DNA of 64,000 nt, taken from Clostridia bacterium. GTDB taxonomy: Bacteria; Bacillota; Clostridia; Oscillospirales; CAG-272. The translations under genes and the position numbers were made by a program. This document shows, piece after piece, positions 9,327 to 16,899 of the stretch. The notes beneath the pieces were generated by a model that searched no databases, had not been told where the DNA came from, and saw only the letters and a list, made by a program, of their open reading frames with translations. How positions within the stretch are numbered: the first letter of the stretch is position 1; each line of letters opens with the position of its first letter. The stretch lies in contig JAFQVV010000012.1 of assembly GCA_017407835.1 (NCBI GenBank), positions 19,010-83,009 on the forward strand, given 5' to 3'.

Positions 9327-9358
9327 AAGGCTGCCGCAATTAGCGGCAGCCTTTTTTG
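9327..9358 (+). terminator. rho-independent terminator after the EF-G paralogue (shared with the convergent XRE gene)
   Basis: aaggctgccgc-aatta-gcggcagcctt followed by tttt. Confidence 0.8.
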
Positions 9359-9365
9359 TGTTTGT

Positions 9366-10214
9366 TCAGTTGAAGTATGGTTTGTTTCGATTGCTGCAGA
9401 AATAGGAAAAGGTATTCGGCCTGTCGATGATCTCTCGGGCAAAGATCAGCATGGCGAAGAAGGATGGGGTTGGTTTGAAGTTGTATACGGTCTGCAAGCC
9501 GTCGTTGATCTCGATCTGTGAAGTGCAGACCATATGGTACTTGGAGAGAACGGCAAGGATCCCATCAGCCTTTTCTCGGTCTATGCCCAGCTTTTGAATC
9601 AGCAGATCCGGGGTGAAGGCCTTTTTATGATCGCGGCTGTGGAGCAGAATGCAGGCATCGAATATGGCTTTGTCCGAGAGGTCGCGGAAGAGGGCAGGGT
9701 AGTCGATACCGTTGAAGAGGGCTGTATCGGTGTCCTTTGGCTCTGGGACGATGAGAAAATACTGCAGGCGGTTGCCGATGCCCATGTGGGTAAAGCCCTC
9801 ATTTTGCTGCATGGAGGAGTAATGCTCCACATCGGTTTTACCAATCTCTTTCTGATACTCTTCAACGCTTCCGATATCAATGAAGTGTCCGTGCGGCATC
9901 ATGGCCCGCTCCATATCCCAGCAAAAATTGAATACCCGGCGGAAATGTTCCTTCCGTGGCGTCTCCTGAATGCGTTTGATCAGCGCAGCCTGCAGTTCTC
10001 CGTTGTCGGGAGTTTCTCGCTCAAACAGCGTGTCGATGGAAACCGAAAAGAAATCTGCGATCTTGGGCAGAAGCTCGGTGTCGGGGAGACCGCCGTTCTC
10101 CCACTTGGAGACGGCTTGCGTGCTGACACCTACATAGCGGGCAAGCTCCTCCTGCTTGGCACCTTTTTCTTTTCGCAATGCTGCAATTTGTCTTCCCAGG
10201 GCTTGAATTTCCAT
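9366..10214 (-). CDS. XRE-family (HTH_3) transcriptional regulator with ~210-aa uncharacterised C-terminal domain
   Basis: ATG at 10214 is preceded by AAAAGGAGA. N-terminus LGRQIAALRKEKGAKQEELARYVGVSTQAVSKWENG is a Cro/C1-type HTH. The 122-codon upstream extension in the ORF track has no RBS and reads as non-protein-like. Confidence 0.75.
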   Translation of the reverse strand: MEIQALGRQIAALRKEKGAKQEELARYVGVSTQAVSKWENGGLPDTELLPKIADFFSVSIDTLFERETPDNGELQAALIKRIQETPRKEHFRRVFNFCWDMERAMMPHGHFIDIGSVEEYQKEIGKTDVEHYSSMQQNEGFTHMGIGNRLQYFLIVPEPKDTDTALFNGIDYPALFRDLSDKAIFDACILLHSRDHKKAFTPDLLIQKLGIDREKADGILAVLSKYHMVCTSQIEINDGLQTVYNFKPTPSFFAMLIFAREIIDRPNTFSYFCSNRNKPYFN

Positions 10215-10266
10215 ACATATTCTCCTTTTGGGGGGTAAAATTTCGGAAGTGATGTTTACTGTTCCC

Positions 10267-10295
10267 AGTATAGCATATCTTTCATTCTTCTGCAA
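10267..10295 (-). promoter_or_regulatory. sigma-A-type promoter of the XRE regulator gene
   Basis: On the minus strand: TTGCAG (10295-10290), 17-nt spacer, TATACT (10272-10267). Confidence 0.6.
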
Positions 10296-10312
10296 TGGAG
10301 GTGGTTTTGATG

Positions 10313-10333
10313 CAATCAACCCCCGGTTGATTG
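10313..10333. promoter_or_regulatory. perfect 9-3-9 palindrome (candidate operator)
   Basis: caatcaacc-ccc-ggttgattg. It lies 18 nt upstream of the -35 of the XRE gene promoter and downstream of the small-protein terminator. Confidence 0.4.
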
Positions 10334-10352
10334 ACGGCGGCAGGCACATCGG

Positions 10353-10397
10353 ACAAAAACAGCGGTTGGGCGGCCGATCTCGGTCGCCGAACCGCTG
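10353..10397 (-). terminator. rho-independent terminator after the 112-aa protein gene
   Basis: On the minus strand: cagcggttcggcgaccgagatcggccgcccaaccgctg followed by tttttg. Confidence 0.7.
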
Positions 10398-10407
10398 GGG
10401 GCATCGT

Positions 10408-10746
10408 TTATTTTCGGTAATAGGTGTAGTATGCAATAATGGTGCGCTCCTCACCGCCGTGCTCGTAGTCGGGCGCGGTGATGATGACACCTTCAAGCGA
10501 CAGCAGCTCAGAAGCCCGCATTTCTTCCACACGGGTGCGCATGACGATATCGCCCGAGGAGAAAACAATAAATTCGCCATCCCGCAGACTCAGACAGCCG
10601 TCACGACCGATGATTTCATCCACATTATCCTTGCGCTCGGTACAGTATTTGATGTGCCGCCCGGCCAGGTGTGTCGCCATGTCTTCCTTGAAGCGGCGGC
10701 TGTTTTCATTTTTGGATTTGATACGTTTTTTGAAAAACTTGAACAT
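10408..10746 (-). CDS. hypothetical small protein (112 aa, basic N-terminus)
   Basis: ATG at 10746 has GGAG 7 nt upstream, and the gene has its own terminator downstream (10353-10397). No family recognised. It is divergent from the ABC module. Confidence 0.5.
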   Translation of the reverse strand: MFKFFKKRIKSKNENSRRFKEDMATHLAGRHIKYCTERKDNVDEIIGRDGCLSLRDGEFIVFSSGDIVMRTRVEEMRASELLSLEGVIITAPDYEHGGEERTIIAYYTYYRK

Positions 10747-10815
10747 AAAAGGCTCCGTTTTGTGCATGAAAATTTGTGAATGTATCTGATATTTTTGTGA
10801 CTTTTGCGATTTCTC

Positions 10816-10843
10816 TTGCTTTTTTCCCAGAATATGATATATT
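10816..10843 (+). promoter_or_regulatory. candidate sigma-A promoter for the ABC/DUF1854 module
   Basis: TTGCTT, 16-nt spacer, TATATT, with an extended -10 TG (tgaTATATT). This would give a ~150-nt leader. Confidence 0.4.
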
Positions 10844-10997
10844 ATATGAAACGTAGAAACACAGATGACCGATGATCGAATCGGATGCGTGATTTTGTGG
10901 GAAATATATATACAGTATACCATATGATGCGCATCCACTTCAAGGGGATTTGCAAAAAATGCCCGGAAAGTTTTGAAACAGGAAAGGATGTGTTGAT

Positions 10998-13334
10998 ATG
11001 CTGCCTTTGGATAAGTTGACCGAGCAGGCACGATGTGCGTTTGCCGATCACGACTGCAATCCTGAAGCGTTTGACGCCGTTCTGGTATTGGATATGGATC
11101 TGTCAGGTGATTTTGGCCGAACTTGGCTGGCACTTGACCGTATCCGAAAATGTGTGTACCGTTTTTGTGAAAATGACGGTGCTTTTGCGCAATTTTCGCT
11201 TGCGTTGACAGCGGAACCGTATGTGGACAATTTTACTTCCTCAAACAGACTGCTTGCCCACGAGCATCAAGTTCCCGCTCCCCCAAAAGGAGAACTTGAT
11301 GACAAAGCATATGAGAAGTCCTGCGAGGAATGGCGACGGGAAGGAAAGACCGTCACGATTGCCTATTGTACGAACGCCTGTAAACGCAAGCTTTTTGCTT
11401 TTGTTTATCTCTGGGAACGCTATGCCGCCGGTCAGGAAGTTGGGGAAGATGATCCGATTTTCGAGCAGTTCAACGCGAAGTGCCCCAAGTGCGGCACTGT
11501 TTACGCAGACCAGCAGCGGCGCATTTGTGCGCATTGCATCAAAAAAAGTGCGACCATGTTTCGCCTGCTTGCCTACTTCAAGCCCTTTAAGCTGCAGTTT
11601 ATCACTGTTATGCTTTGCCTGGTGGCGAGCGCGGCAATCTCTCTGCTGACGCCGATTATCAGCAACCAGATCTTCTACGATCAGGTTGTCGCCCCCCCGA
11701 AATTTATCGACGGCGTGCAGATTCAGGGCAAGCTGCATGAGATAAAGTGGGTATACATCATGGTCGGAATTTTGTTCGGGATGGCGGTGCTTTCGCTGGT
11801 GATCGGGATCATCCAAAACCGCGCAAATGCATATATGTCGACTCGCGTGACCAAGAACATGAAGAACGATCTTTTCCGTGCACTCCAGCACCTCTCGCTC
11901 TCTTATTTCAACCAAAATCCAACGGGACGTCTGATCAACCGCGTCAACTATGATGCCGTTAAGATCCGCTCCTTCTACATCGACGGTGTTCCGCATTTCA
12001 TCGTCAATATGCTCAATTTCATCGGCCTGACCGTTTTCCTGTTTTCGCTGAACTGGAAGCTGACGCTGATTGTATATATTCCCGTGCCGATTGTGGTTTG
12101 CATGTTCAAGTTCATGCTGCCCAAGCTTTGGCGGATGTACTCCAAACAGTGGCGGCGCTCGTCCTCCCTCAATGCTATGCTGGGGGATTCGCTCAACGGT
12201 ATCCGGGTGGTCAAGGCTTTTGCCAAAGAAGCGGAGGAAACCAACCGATTCTATCAGTACTCCGAGAAGCTCTACCACGCCAACCTGCAGACAAACCTCG
12301 TCCACTTGACGATTTTTCCGGTGATCAGCCTGCTAATCGGTATCTCTTCCCAGGCGATCTGGGGCTTTGGCGGTATTCTTGTCATGGATGAATACATGAC
12401 ATACGGCCAGTTTGCCACCTATCTCGGCTATATCGGCATGATCTTCGGCCCCTTGAATTTCTTTACCAACTTTACCAATATGCTCACCGATACCATCAAT
12501 TCCGCCGTCCGTATGTTCGAGACGCTGGATATGATTCCCGAGATCACCGACGCGCCCAACGCAGTGGAGCTGGATAGCATTGGGGGCGATATAATTTTTG
12601 ACCGTGTCGGGTTCCACTACAATCCCAACCGCCCCATCCTCAAGGATGTGTCGTTTACCATTCATGCAGGCGATCATGTGGGGCTGGTTGGGCACACGGG
12701 AAGCGGGAAGAGCACAATTGCCAATCTGATCACGCGTATGTATGACGTGATCAGCGGATCAATTTCTATCGATGGACACAATGTTAAGGATATCAAGGTT
12801 GATTCGCTTCGCCGCAATATTGCCATCGTGTCGCAGGAAATTTATCTCTTCCACGGTACCATTGCTGACAATATTCGATACGCTCGCCCCGATGCTTCAA
12901 TGGCGGAAGTGATTGACGCCGCGCGGGCGGCAAATGCGCATGATTTTATCTTGCGCCTGCCCGAGGGATACGAAACGATGGTTGGCATCGGCAGCCGTTC
13001 GCTCTCGGGCGGTGAGCGGCAGCGAATTTCGATTGCGCGCGCCCTTTTGATGAAGCCCTCGCTGCTGATCCTAGATGAAGCAACCGCGGCAATGGATACC
13101 GAAACCGAGCGGCTGATCAGCGATGCCATCGATAAGCTGATCGAAGGACGCACAACCATTACCATTGCCCACCGCCTCTCCACCCTGAAAAACTGCAATT
13201 ATCTGATGGCTATCGAGCATGGTGAGATTGCAGAACAGGGAACAGCCGAAGAGCTGATGGAAAAGAAGGGCGTGTATTACAAGCTCTACACCCTGCAGAA
13301 CGAACAGATGAAGAAGGTTATGGCAGGGCTTTGA
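10998..13334 (+). CDS. ABC exporter, fused permease/ATPase half-transporter with ~190-aa N-terminal zinc-ribbon extension
   Basis: 778 aa. Type-I exporter TMD, Walker A GHTGSGKST, signature LSGGERQR, Walker B LLILDEAT. N-terminal extension ends in CPKC-x11-CAHC (nt 11481-11537) just before TM1. Confidence 0.85.
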   Translation: MLPLDKLTEQARCAFADHDCNPEAFDAVLVLDMDLSGDFGRTWLALDRIRKCVYRFCENDGAFAQFSLALTAEPYVDNFTSSNRLLAHEHQVPAPPKGELDDKAYEKSCEEWRREGKTVTIAYCTNACKRKLFAFVYLWERYAAGQEVGEDDPIFEQFNAKCPKCGTVYADQQRRICAHCIKKSATMFRLLAYFKPFKLQFITVMLCLVASAAISLLTPIISNQIFYDQVVAPPKFIDGVQIQGKLHEIKWVYIMVGILFGMAVLSLVIGIIQNRANAYMSTRVTKNMKNDLFRALQHLSLSYFNQNPTGRLINRVNYDAVKIRSFYIDGVPHFIVNMLNFIGLTVFLFSLNWKLTLIVYIPVPIVVCMFKFMLPKLWRMYSKQWRRSSSLNAMLGDSLNGIRVVKAFAKEAEETNRFYQYSEKLYHANLQTNLVHLTIFPVISLLIGISSQAIWGFGGILVMDEYMTYGQFATYLGYIGMIFGPLNFFTNFTNMLTDTINSAVRMFETLDMIPEITDAPNAVELDSIGGDIIFDRVGFHYNPNRPILKDVSFTIHAGDHVGLVGHTGSGKSTIANLITRMYDVISGSISIDGHNVKDIKVDSLRRNIAIVSQEIYLFHGTIADNIRYARPDASMAEVIDAARAANAHDFILRLPEGYETMVGIGSRSLSGGERQRISIARALLMKPSLLILDEATAAMDTETERLISDAIDKLIEGRTTITIAHRLSTLKNCNYLMAIEHGEIAEQGTAEELMEKKGVYYKLYTLQNEQMKKVMAGL

Positions 13335-13399
13335 GTGTCTGTACCAATAAAGTTCAATCCTATTTAGACTACCTTCGCCTGTGAGGCAGAAAGGAAACG

Positions 13400-13987
13400 A
13401 TGATGTCTGAAGTCAAAACCAAAAATCCGGCTGCGGAGACCGATGAGGATGCCGCATTGTTTGAAAAACGCGAGTCGATTATGCTGACACCCGAAAATGC
13501 GGTTTTCTCCCGCTCGGAGGGCGGATTGATCTCGCTGGATGTGACGCGTGCCGACGGAGAGCGCGAGCATTTTGAGCGTGTGGTTGTCCTGCGCTCCTTC
13601 CCGATTACCGATCCCGATGAGTATATTGCCGTTCGTGAACCTGAGACGCGCAAGAGCCGCCGCGGTCATGAAATCGGGTTGATCGTCCATATCGGGATTT
13701 TTGATGAGAAAACGGTAGCGCTCTTGAACGAGGAGTTGGATCGCCGTTATTTCACCCCCGAGATACACCGCATCCTTTCGGTCAAGGAAAAGCTGGGGTA
13801 TTACTATTGGGATGTTGAGACATCGGCGGGGCACGTGAACTTTGTGCTCAACAATATTTCCTCCAATATTCGCATTCTTGAGGATGAACGCATCTTTATT
13901 TTCGATATCGACGGCAACTGTTTCCAAATCAGTGATGTATCCAAGCTGGATCGAAACAGCTATCGCAAGATTGAGATTTATCTGTAA
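13400..13987 (+). CDS. DUF1854-like soluble protein
   Basis: 195 aa with no TM segments. Pattern LRSFPITDPDEYIAV..EIGLI..LDRRYFTPEI..I..V..W.V.T..G...F.......I......R..I.D..GN...I.D...LD..S matches my memory of Pfam DUF1854 proteins found beside ABC exporters. Family call is from recollection only. Confidence 0.6.
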   Translation: MMSEVKTKNPAAETDEDAALFEKRESIMLTPENAVFSRSEGGLISLDVTRADGEREHFERVVVLRSFPITDPDEYIAVREPETRKSRRGHEIGLIVHIGIFDEKTVALLNEELDRRYFTPEIHRILSVKEKLGYYYWDVETSAGHVNFVLNNISSNIRILEDERIFIFDIDGNCFQISDVSKLDRNSYRKIEIYL

Positions 13988-14023
13988 CCTGATACCGATT
14001 ATGTCGGGAAAGGAGAGGATTGC

Positions 14024-16234
14024 ATGAAATTGATGTATGAGCTTCCCGAACGTGACGAGCGTGCCTTTGCGGCGGCGGTCGGTGAAGGGGAGAAGCGGAT
14101 GTACTGCCTTCCGTACAACATCGAGGTTGATCGGTTTGTATCGGGCTGGATGGTGTTTACCGATCAGTACATTTATAAAATTCTGGACGGCGAGCTGAAA
14201 GAAAAATTCAAGCTGTCCGAGCTCTCGGATTTTTCCACCGAAAATCTTTACGGCAGCTGCGCTTTCTATGCCAAAGAAAACGGAGTGAGCCGCCTGCTTT
14301 GCCGGTTTATTTCGGGGCGAAACCTGCCGCGCTATTCGGTGATGGTGAAAGCCTGCGAAATTCTGGCAGAGGGCGGCAGCCGTGAGCCGCTGACCAACAG
14401 CGAGCCCGAACGCTATTGCCCGCAATGCGGTCGTCCCTTTGTCCTGCACACCAAGATATGTCCTTTCTGTCAGGACAAAAAGGAGATATACCGCAAGCTC
14501 TGGGCAATGACAAAAGGCTTGCGCTTGATGATGCTTTTTCCGCTGATTGCGGCGGCACTGTCGGTTGTCTTCCGCTTTGTTGTTCCGGCAGTGCAGCGCC
14601 ATGCCATTGACCGATTTATTGAGCCGGCACTCGATATTGAGCGAGGGTCGATGGCGGAATTTTTGCTGATTGTTCTTGCCATTATTCTGCTCGATGTCTG
14701 TCATCGCGCCATTGATGTCATCAAACAGCGCATGGCCGCATATTCGGGCAACAAATTTACCCTCATGCTTCGCGCACTTCTCTTTGAAAAGATTCAAAAT
14801 CTGTCCATGTCGTCGGTTCAGCACAAATCGACGGGCGATTTGATGGGGCGCATCAACAACGATGTGTCGGTGGTGCAAAACTTTATCACAGGCAATCTGC
14901 CGACCTATTTTGCGCAAGCATTTTCCTTCTTGCTGGCCCTTGTGCTTCTGCTGTGTCTCAATCCATTGATGTGCCTGTTTGTCTTCATTCCGCTTCCTTT
15001 GACTGTTTTCATCATCGTACGGTTTTGGGATACGGTACGTCAGCGCAATATCCATGCATGGCTGATCACCAGACGAACCAATCGCCATCTGCAGGATATT
15101 CTCAACGGCATTCGCGTGGTGAAAAGCTTTGGCAGTGAAGAGCGAGAGATCGTACGCTTCGAAGAGCACACCGAACGCCAGGCCGCTCAGGACGAGTCCA
15201 ATGCCAAGCTGTTTGATACCGTCTTCCCGCTGCTTGGTTTTGCGCTTCGTCTGGGGAACTATATGATCATGCTCTACGGAAATCTCAAAGTGTTTGCGGG
15301 CACAATGAGCATCGGTGCACTCAATCAGTTCAATAGCTATGCATCCATCATCTACGAGCCGCTGATGCAGATTACTGCCATCCCCCGAAACATCTCTACC
15401 TTCTTCACCTCACTCAATAAGGTGTTTGAGATTCTCGAGGAAGAACCGGAGGTTGCCGATATCGAGCTGCCCATTGATATCGCTATTGAAGGAGATATCA
15501 GCATTCGCGATGTCACCTTCGGCTACGACAGCTATAATCCTGTTCTTGAGCACATCAATCTTGAGGTGAAGCAGGGAGAGATGGTTGGCATCGTCGGTCA
15601 CTCGGGCTGCGGCAAGACGACCTTGATCAATCTCCTGATGCGTCTCTATGATGTCAGTGAGGGCGAGATTCTGATTGATGATGTCAACATTAAGGATATT
15701 TCCCAGAATGCACTGCGCTCGCAGATCGGCGTTGTACTGCAGGAGACACATCTCTTCGCCGGTTCAATCCGAGACAACATTCGCTATTCCAAGCCCCATG
15801 CGACCAACGAAGAGGTTATTGCAGCCGCACGGCTGGCAAACGCACATGACTTTATCATCAATCTCCCCGAGGGGTATAATACCATGGTGGGAGAGAAGGG
15901 CTATTCGCTCTCGGGCGGCGAGCGTCAGCGGATTGCCATTGCGCGCGCCTTGATTCATAATCCCCGCATTCTCATCCTTGATGAGGCAACCGCGGCACTC
16001 GATACCGAGACTGAGAAGTTGATTCAAGATGCCATCAACAAGCTGACGCACAACCGCACTACTTTCGCCATTGCGCACCGTCTTTCCACCCTGCGCAATG
16101 CCGACAAGCTGCTTGTGCTTGATCGGGGCAAGGTTGCTGAGTTCGGTACCCACGCAGAATTGCTTGAAGCGCGGGGGATCTACTACAAGCTGGTGATGGC
16201 GCAGCAGCGCGCCGCACTCCAGAAACAAATGTAA
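14024..16234 (+). CDS. ABC exporter, fused permease/ATPase half-transporter with ~155-aa N-terminal zinc-ribbon extension
   Basis: 736 aa. AAAGGAGAGG RBS. Walker A GHSGCGKTT, signature LSGGERQR, Walker B ILILDEAT. N-terminal extension ends in CPQC-x10-CPFC (nt 14417-14470) and looks paralogous to that of the upstream ABC gene. Confidence 0.85.
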   Translation: MKLMYELPERDERAFAAAVGEGEKRMYCLPYNIEVDRFVSGWMVFTDQYIYKILDGELKEKFKLSELSDFSTENLYGSCAFYAKENGVSRLLCRFISGRNLPRYSVMVKACEILAEGGSREPLTNSEPERYCPQCGRPFVLHTKICPFCQDKKEIYRKLWAMTKGLRLMMLFPLIAAALSVVFRFVVPAVQRHAIDRFIEPALDIERGSMAEFLLIVLAIILLDVCHRAIDVIKQRMAAYSGNKFTLMLRALLFEKIQNLSMSSVQHKSTGDLMGRINNDVSVVQNFITGNLPTYFAQAFSFLLALVLLLCLNPLMCLFVFIPLPLTVFIIVRFWDTVRQRNIHAWLITRRTNRHLQDILNGIRVVKSFGSEEREIVRFEEHTERQAAQDESNAKLFDTVFPLLGFALRLGNYMIMLYGNLKVFAGTMSIGALNQFNSYASIIYEPLMQITAIPRNISTFFTSLNKVFEILEEEPEVADIELPIDIAIEGDISIRDVTFGYDSYNPVLEHINLEVKQGEMVGIVGHSGCGKTTLINLLMRLYDVSEGEILIDDVNIKDISQNALRSQIGVVLQETHLFAGSIRDNIRYSKPHATNEEVIAAARLANAHDFIINLPEGYNTMVGEKGYSLSGGERQRIAIARALIHNPRILILDEATAALDTETEKLIQDAINKLTHNRTTFAIAHRLSTLRNADKLLVLDRGKVAEFGTHAELLEARGIYYKLVMAQQRAALQKQM

Positions 16235-16246
16235 ATTCAACCATAA

Positions 16247-16280
16247 AGGGTGCCGTATATTGCGCGGCACCCCTTTGCAT
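16247..16280 (+). terminator. weak terminator-like hairpin after the second ABC gene
   Basis: gggtgccg-tatattgcg-cggcaccc followed by only ctttg, a poor U-tract. Confidence 0.45.
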
Positions 16281-16359
16281 CCATGGATGGGGAAACTTTG
16301 CATATCTGCGTAACAAAGTGAGATTTTTTCGGTTCTGATTGGTGAGAGGGGGAGAGACA

Positions 16360-16899
16360 ATGGAAGATGCTGTGATCATCAGCCTGTACGAAGCACGCGA
16401 CGAAGCGGCCATTGAAGCAACCGCCGCGCAGTACGGCAAGCTCTGCATCGGGATTGCGCAGGGGATTTTGGGCAATCGCGAGGACGCCGAGGAGTGTGCA
16501 TCTGATGCATATTTGCGCTTATGGAATGCTATCCCACCCGCCAAGCCGAAGTCGCTGTCGGCATATCTTGGGCGCATTGTGCGTAATCTTGCGCTCAACG
16601 CGGCAGAGAAGAAGCGGGCACAGAAACGGGGCGGGGAGGTGCTTCCCCTGCTTGAAGAGCTGGGGGAGTGTCTGCCGCAGAATCAGGGCGACGGGGAGAT
16701 CGGGAAAATTATTGACCGTTTTCTTGCCGCCGAGACCGAGGAAAATCGCCGTATTTTTCTGCGCCGCTATTGGTACTGTGACAGTACCCGACAGATTGCC
16801 CATCGCATAGGGTTGCGTGAGGGGGCAGTCAGGCTTCGTTTGCACCGTATGCGCGAGCGTCTGCGGCTTGAATTGGAGAAGGAGGAGATTGATATATGA
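16360..16899 (+). CDS. sigma-70 family RNA polymerase sigma factor (ECF-like, group 4)
   Basis: 179 aa. Region 2 (DAEECASDAYLRLWN) and region 4 HTH (STRQIAHRIGLREGAVRLRLHRMRERL). ATG at 16360 follows GAGAGGGGGAGAG; the track start at 16339 is a TTG. Confidence 0.8.
   Translation: MEDAVIISLYEARDEAAIEATAAQYGKLCIGIAQGILGNREDAEECASDAYLRLWNAIPPAKPKSLSAYLGRIVRNLALNAAEKKRAQKRGGEVLPLLEELGECLPQNQGDGEIGKIIDRFLAAETEENRRIFLRRYWYCDSTRQIAHRIGLREGAVRLRLHRMRERLRLELEKEEIDI

Noticed and set aside
7184-9442. 752-aa ORF antisense to the EF-G paralogue
   Set aside because: It is the mirror frame of a gene with unmistakable GTPase motifs. It is a typical long antisense ORF of GC-rich coding DNA, with no recognisable domain.
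9366-10580. Full 404-aa version of the XRE ORF, and the 241-aa version of 10408-11133
   Set aside because: The N-terminal extensions run through a terminator, a promoter and a palindrome and read as non-protein-like. Internal ATGs at 10214 and 10746 have good SD sequences.

Similar 5' over-extensions in the track were trimmed for ruvC-downstream 44508, truA 48014, glycosylase 56023, ylmC 56556, DUF951 41656 and LRR 33157.
10924-11019. 31-codon Cys-containing uORF (MMRIHFKGICKKCPESFETGKDVLICCLWIS) overlapping the ABC gene start; considered as a possible leader or precursor peptide
   Set aside because: It has no SD and is out of frame with the ABC start it overlaps. There is no supporting maturation enzyme nearby. 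It is most likely a chance ORF, though ribosome profiling could revisit this.
13364-15169. 601-aa ORF antisense to the DUF1854-like gene and the second ABC gene
   Set aside because: It spans an intergenic gap and two well-supported plus-strand genes. It has a low-complexity composition and no RBS.
16291-16313. ECF-type autoregulatory promoter (GGAAAC ... CGTAA) upstream of the sigma gene
   Set aside because: The AAC-to-CGT spacing is only 12 nt, where ECF promoters usually have about 16-17 nt. The evidence is not good enough to call.
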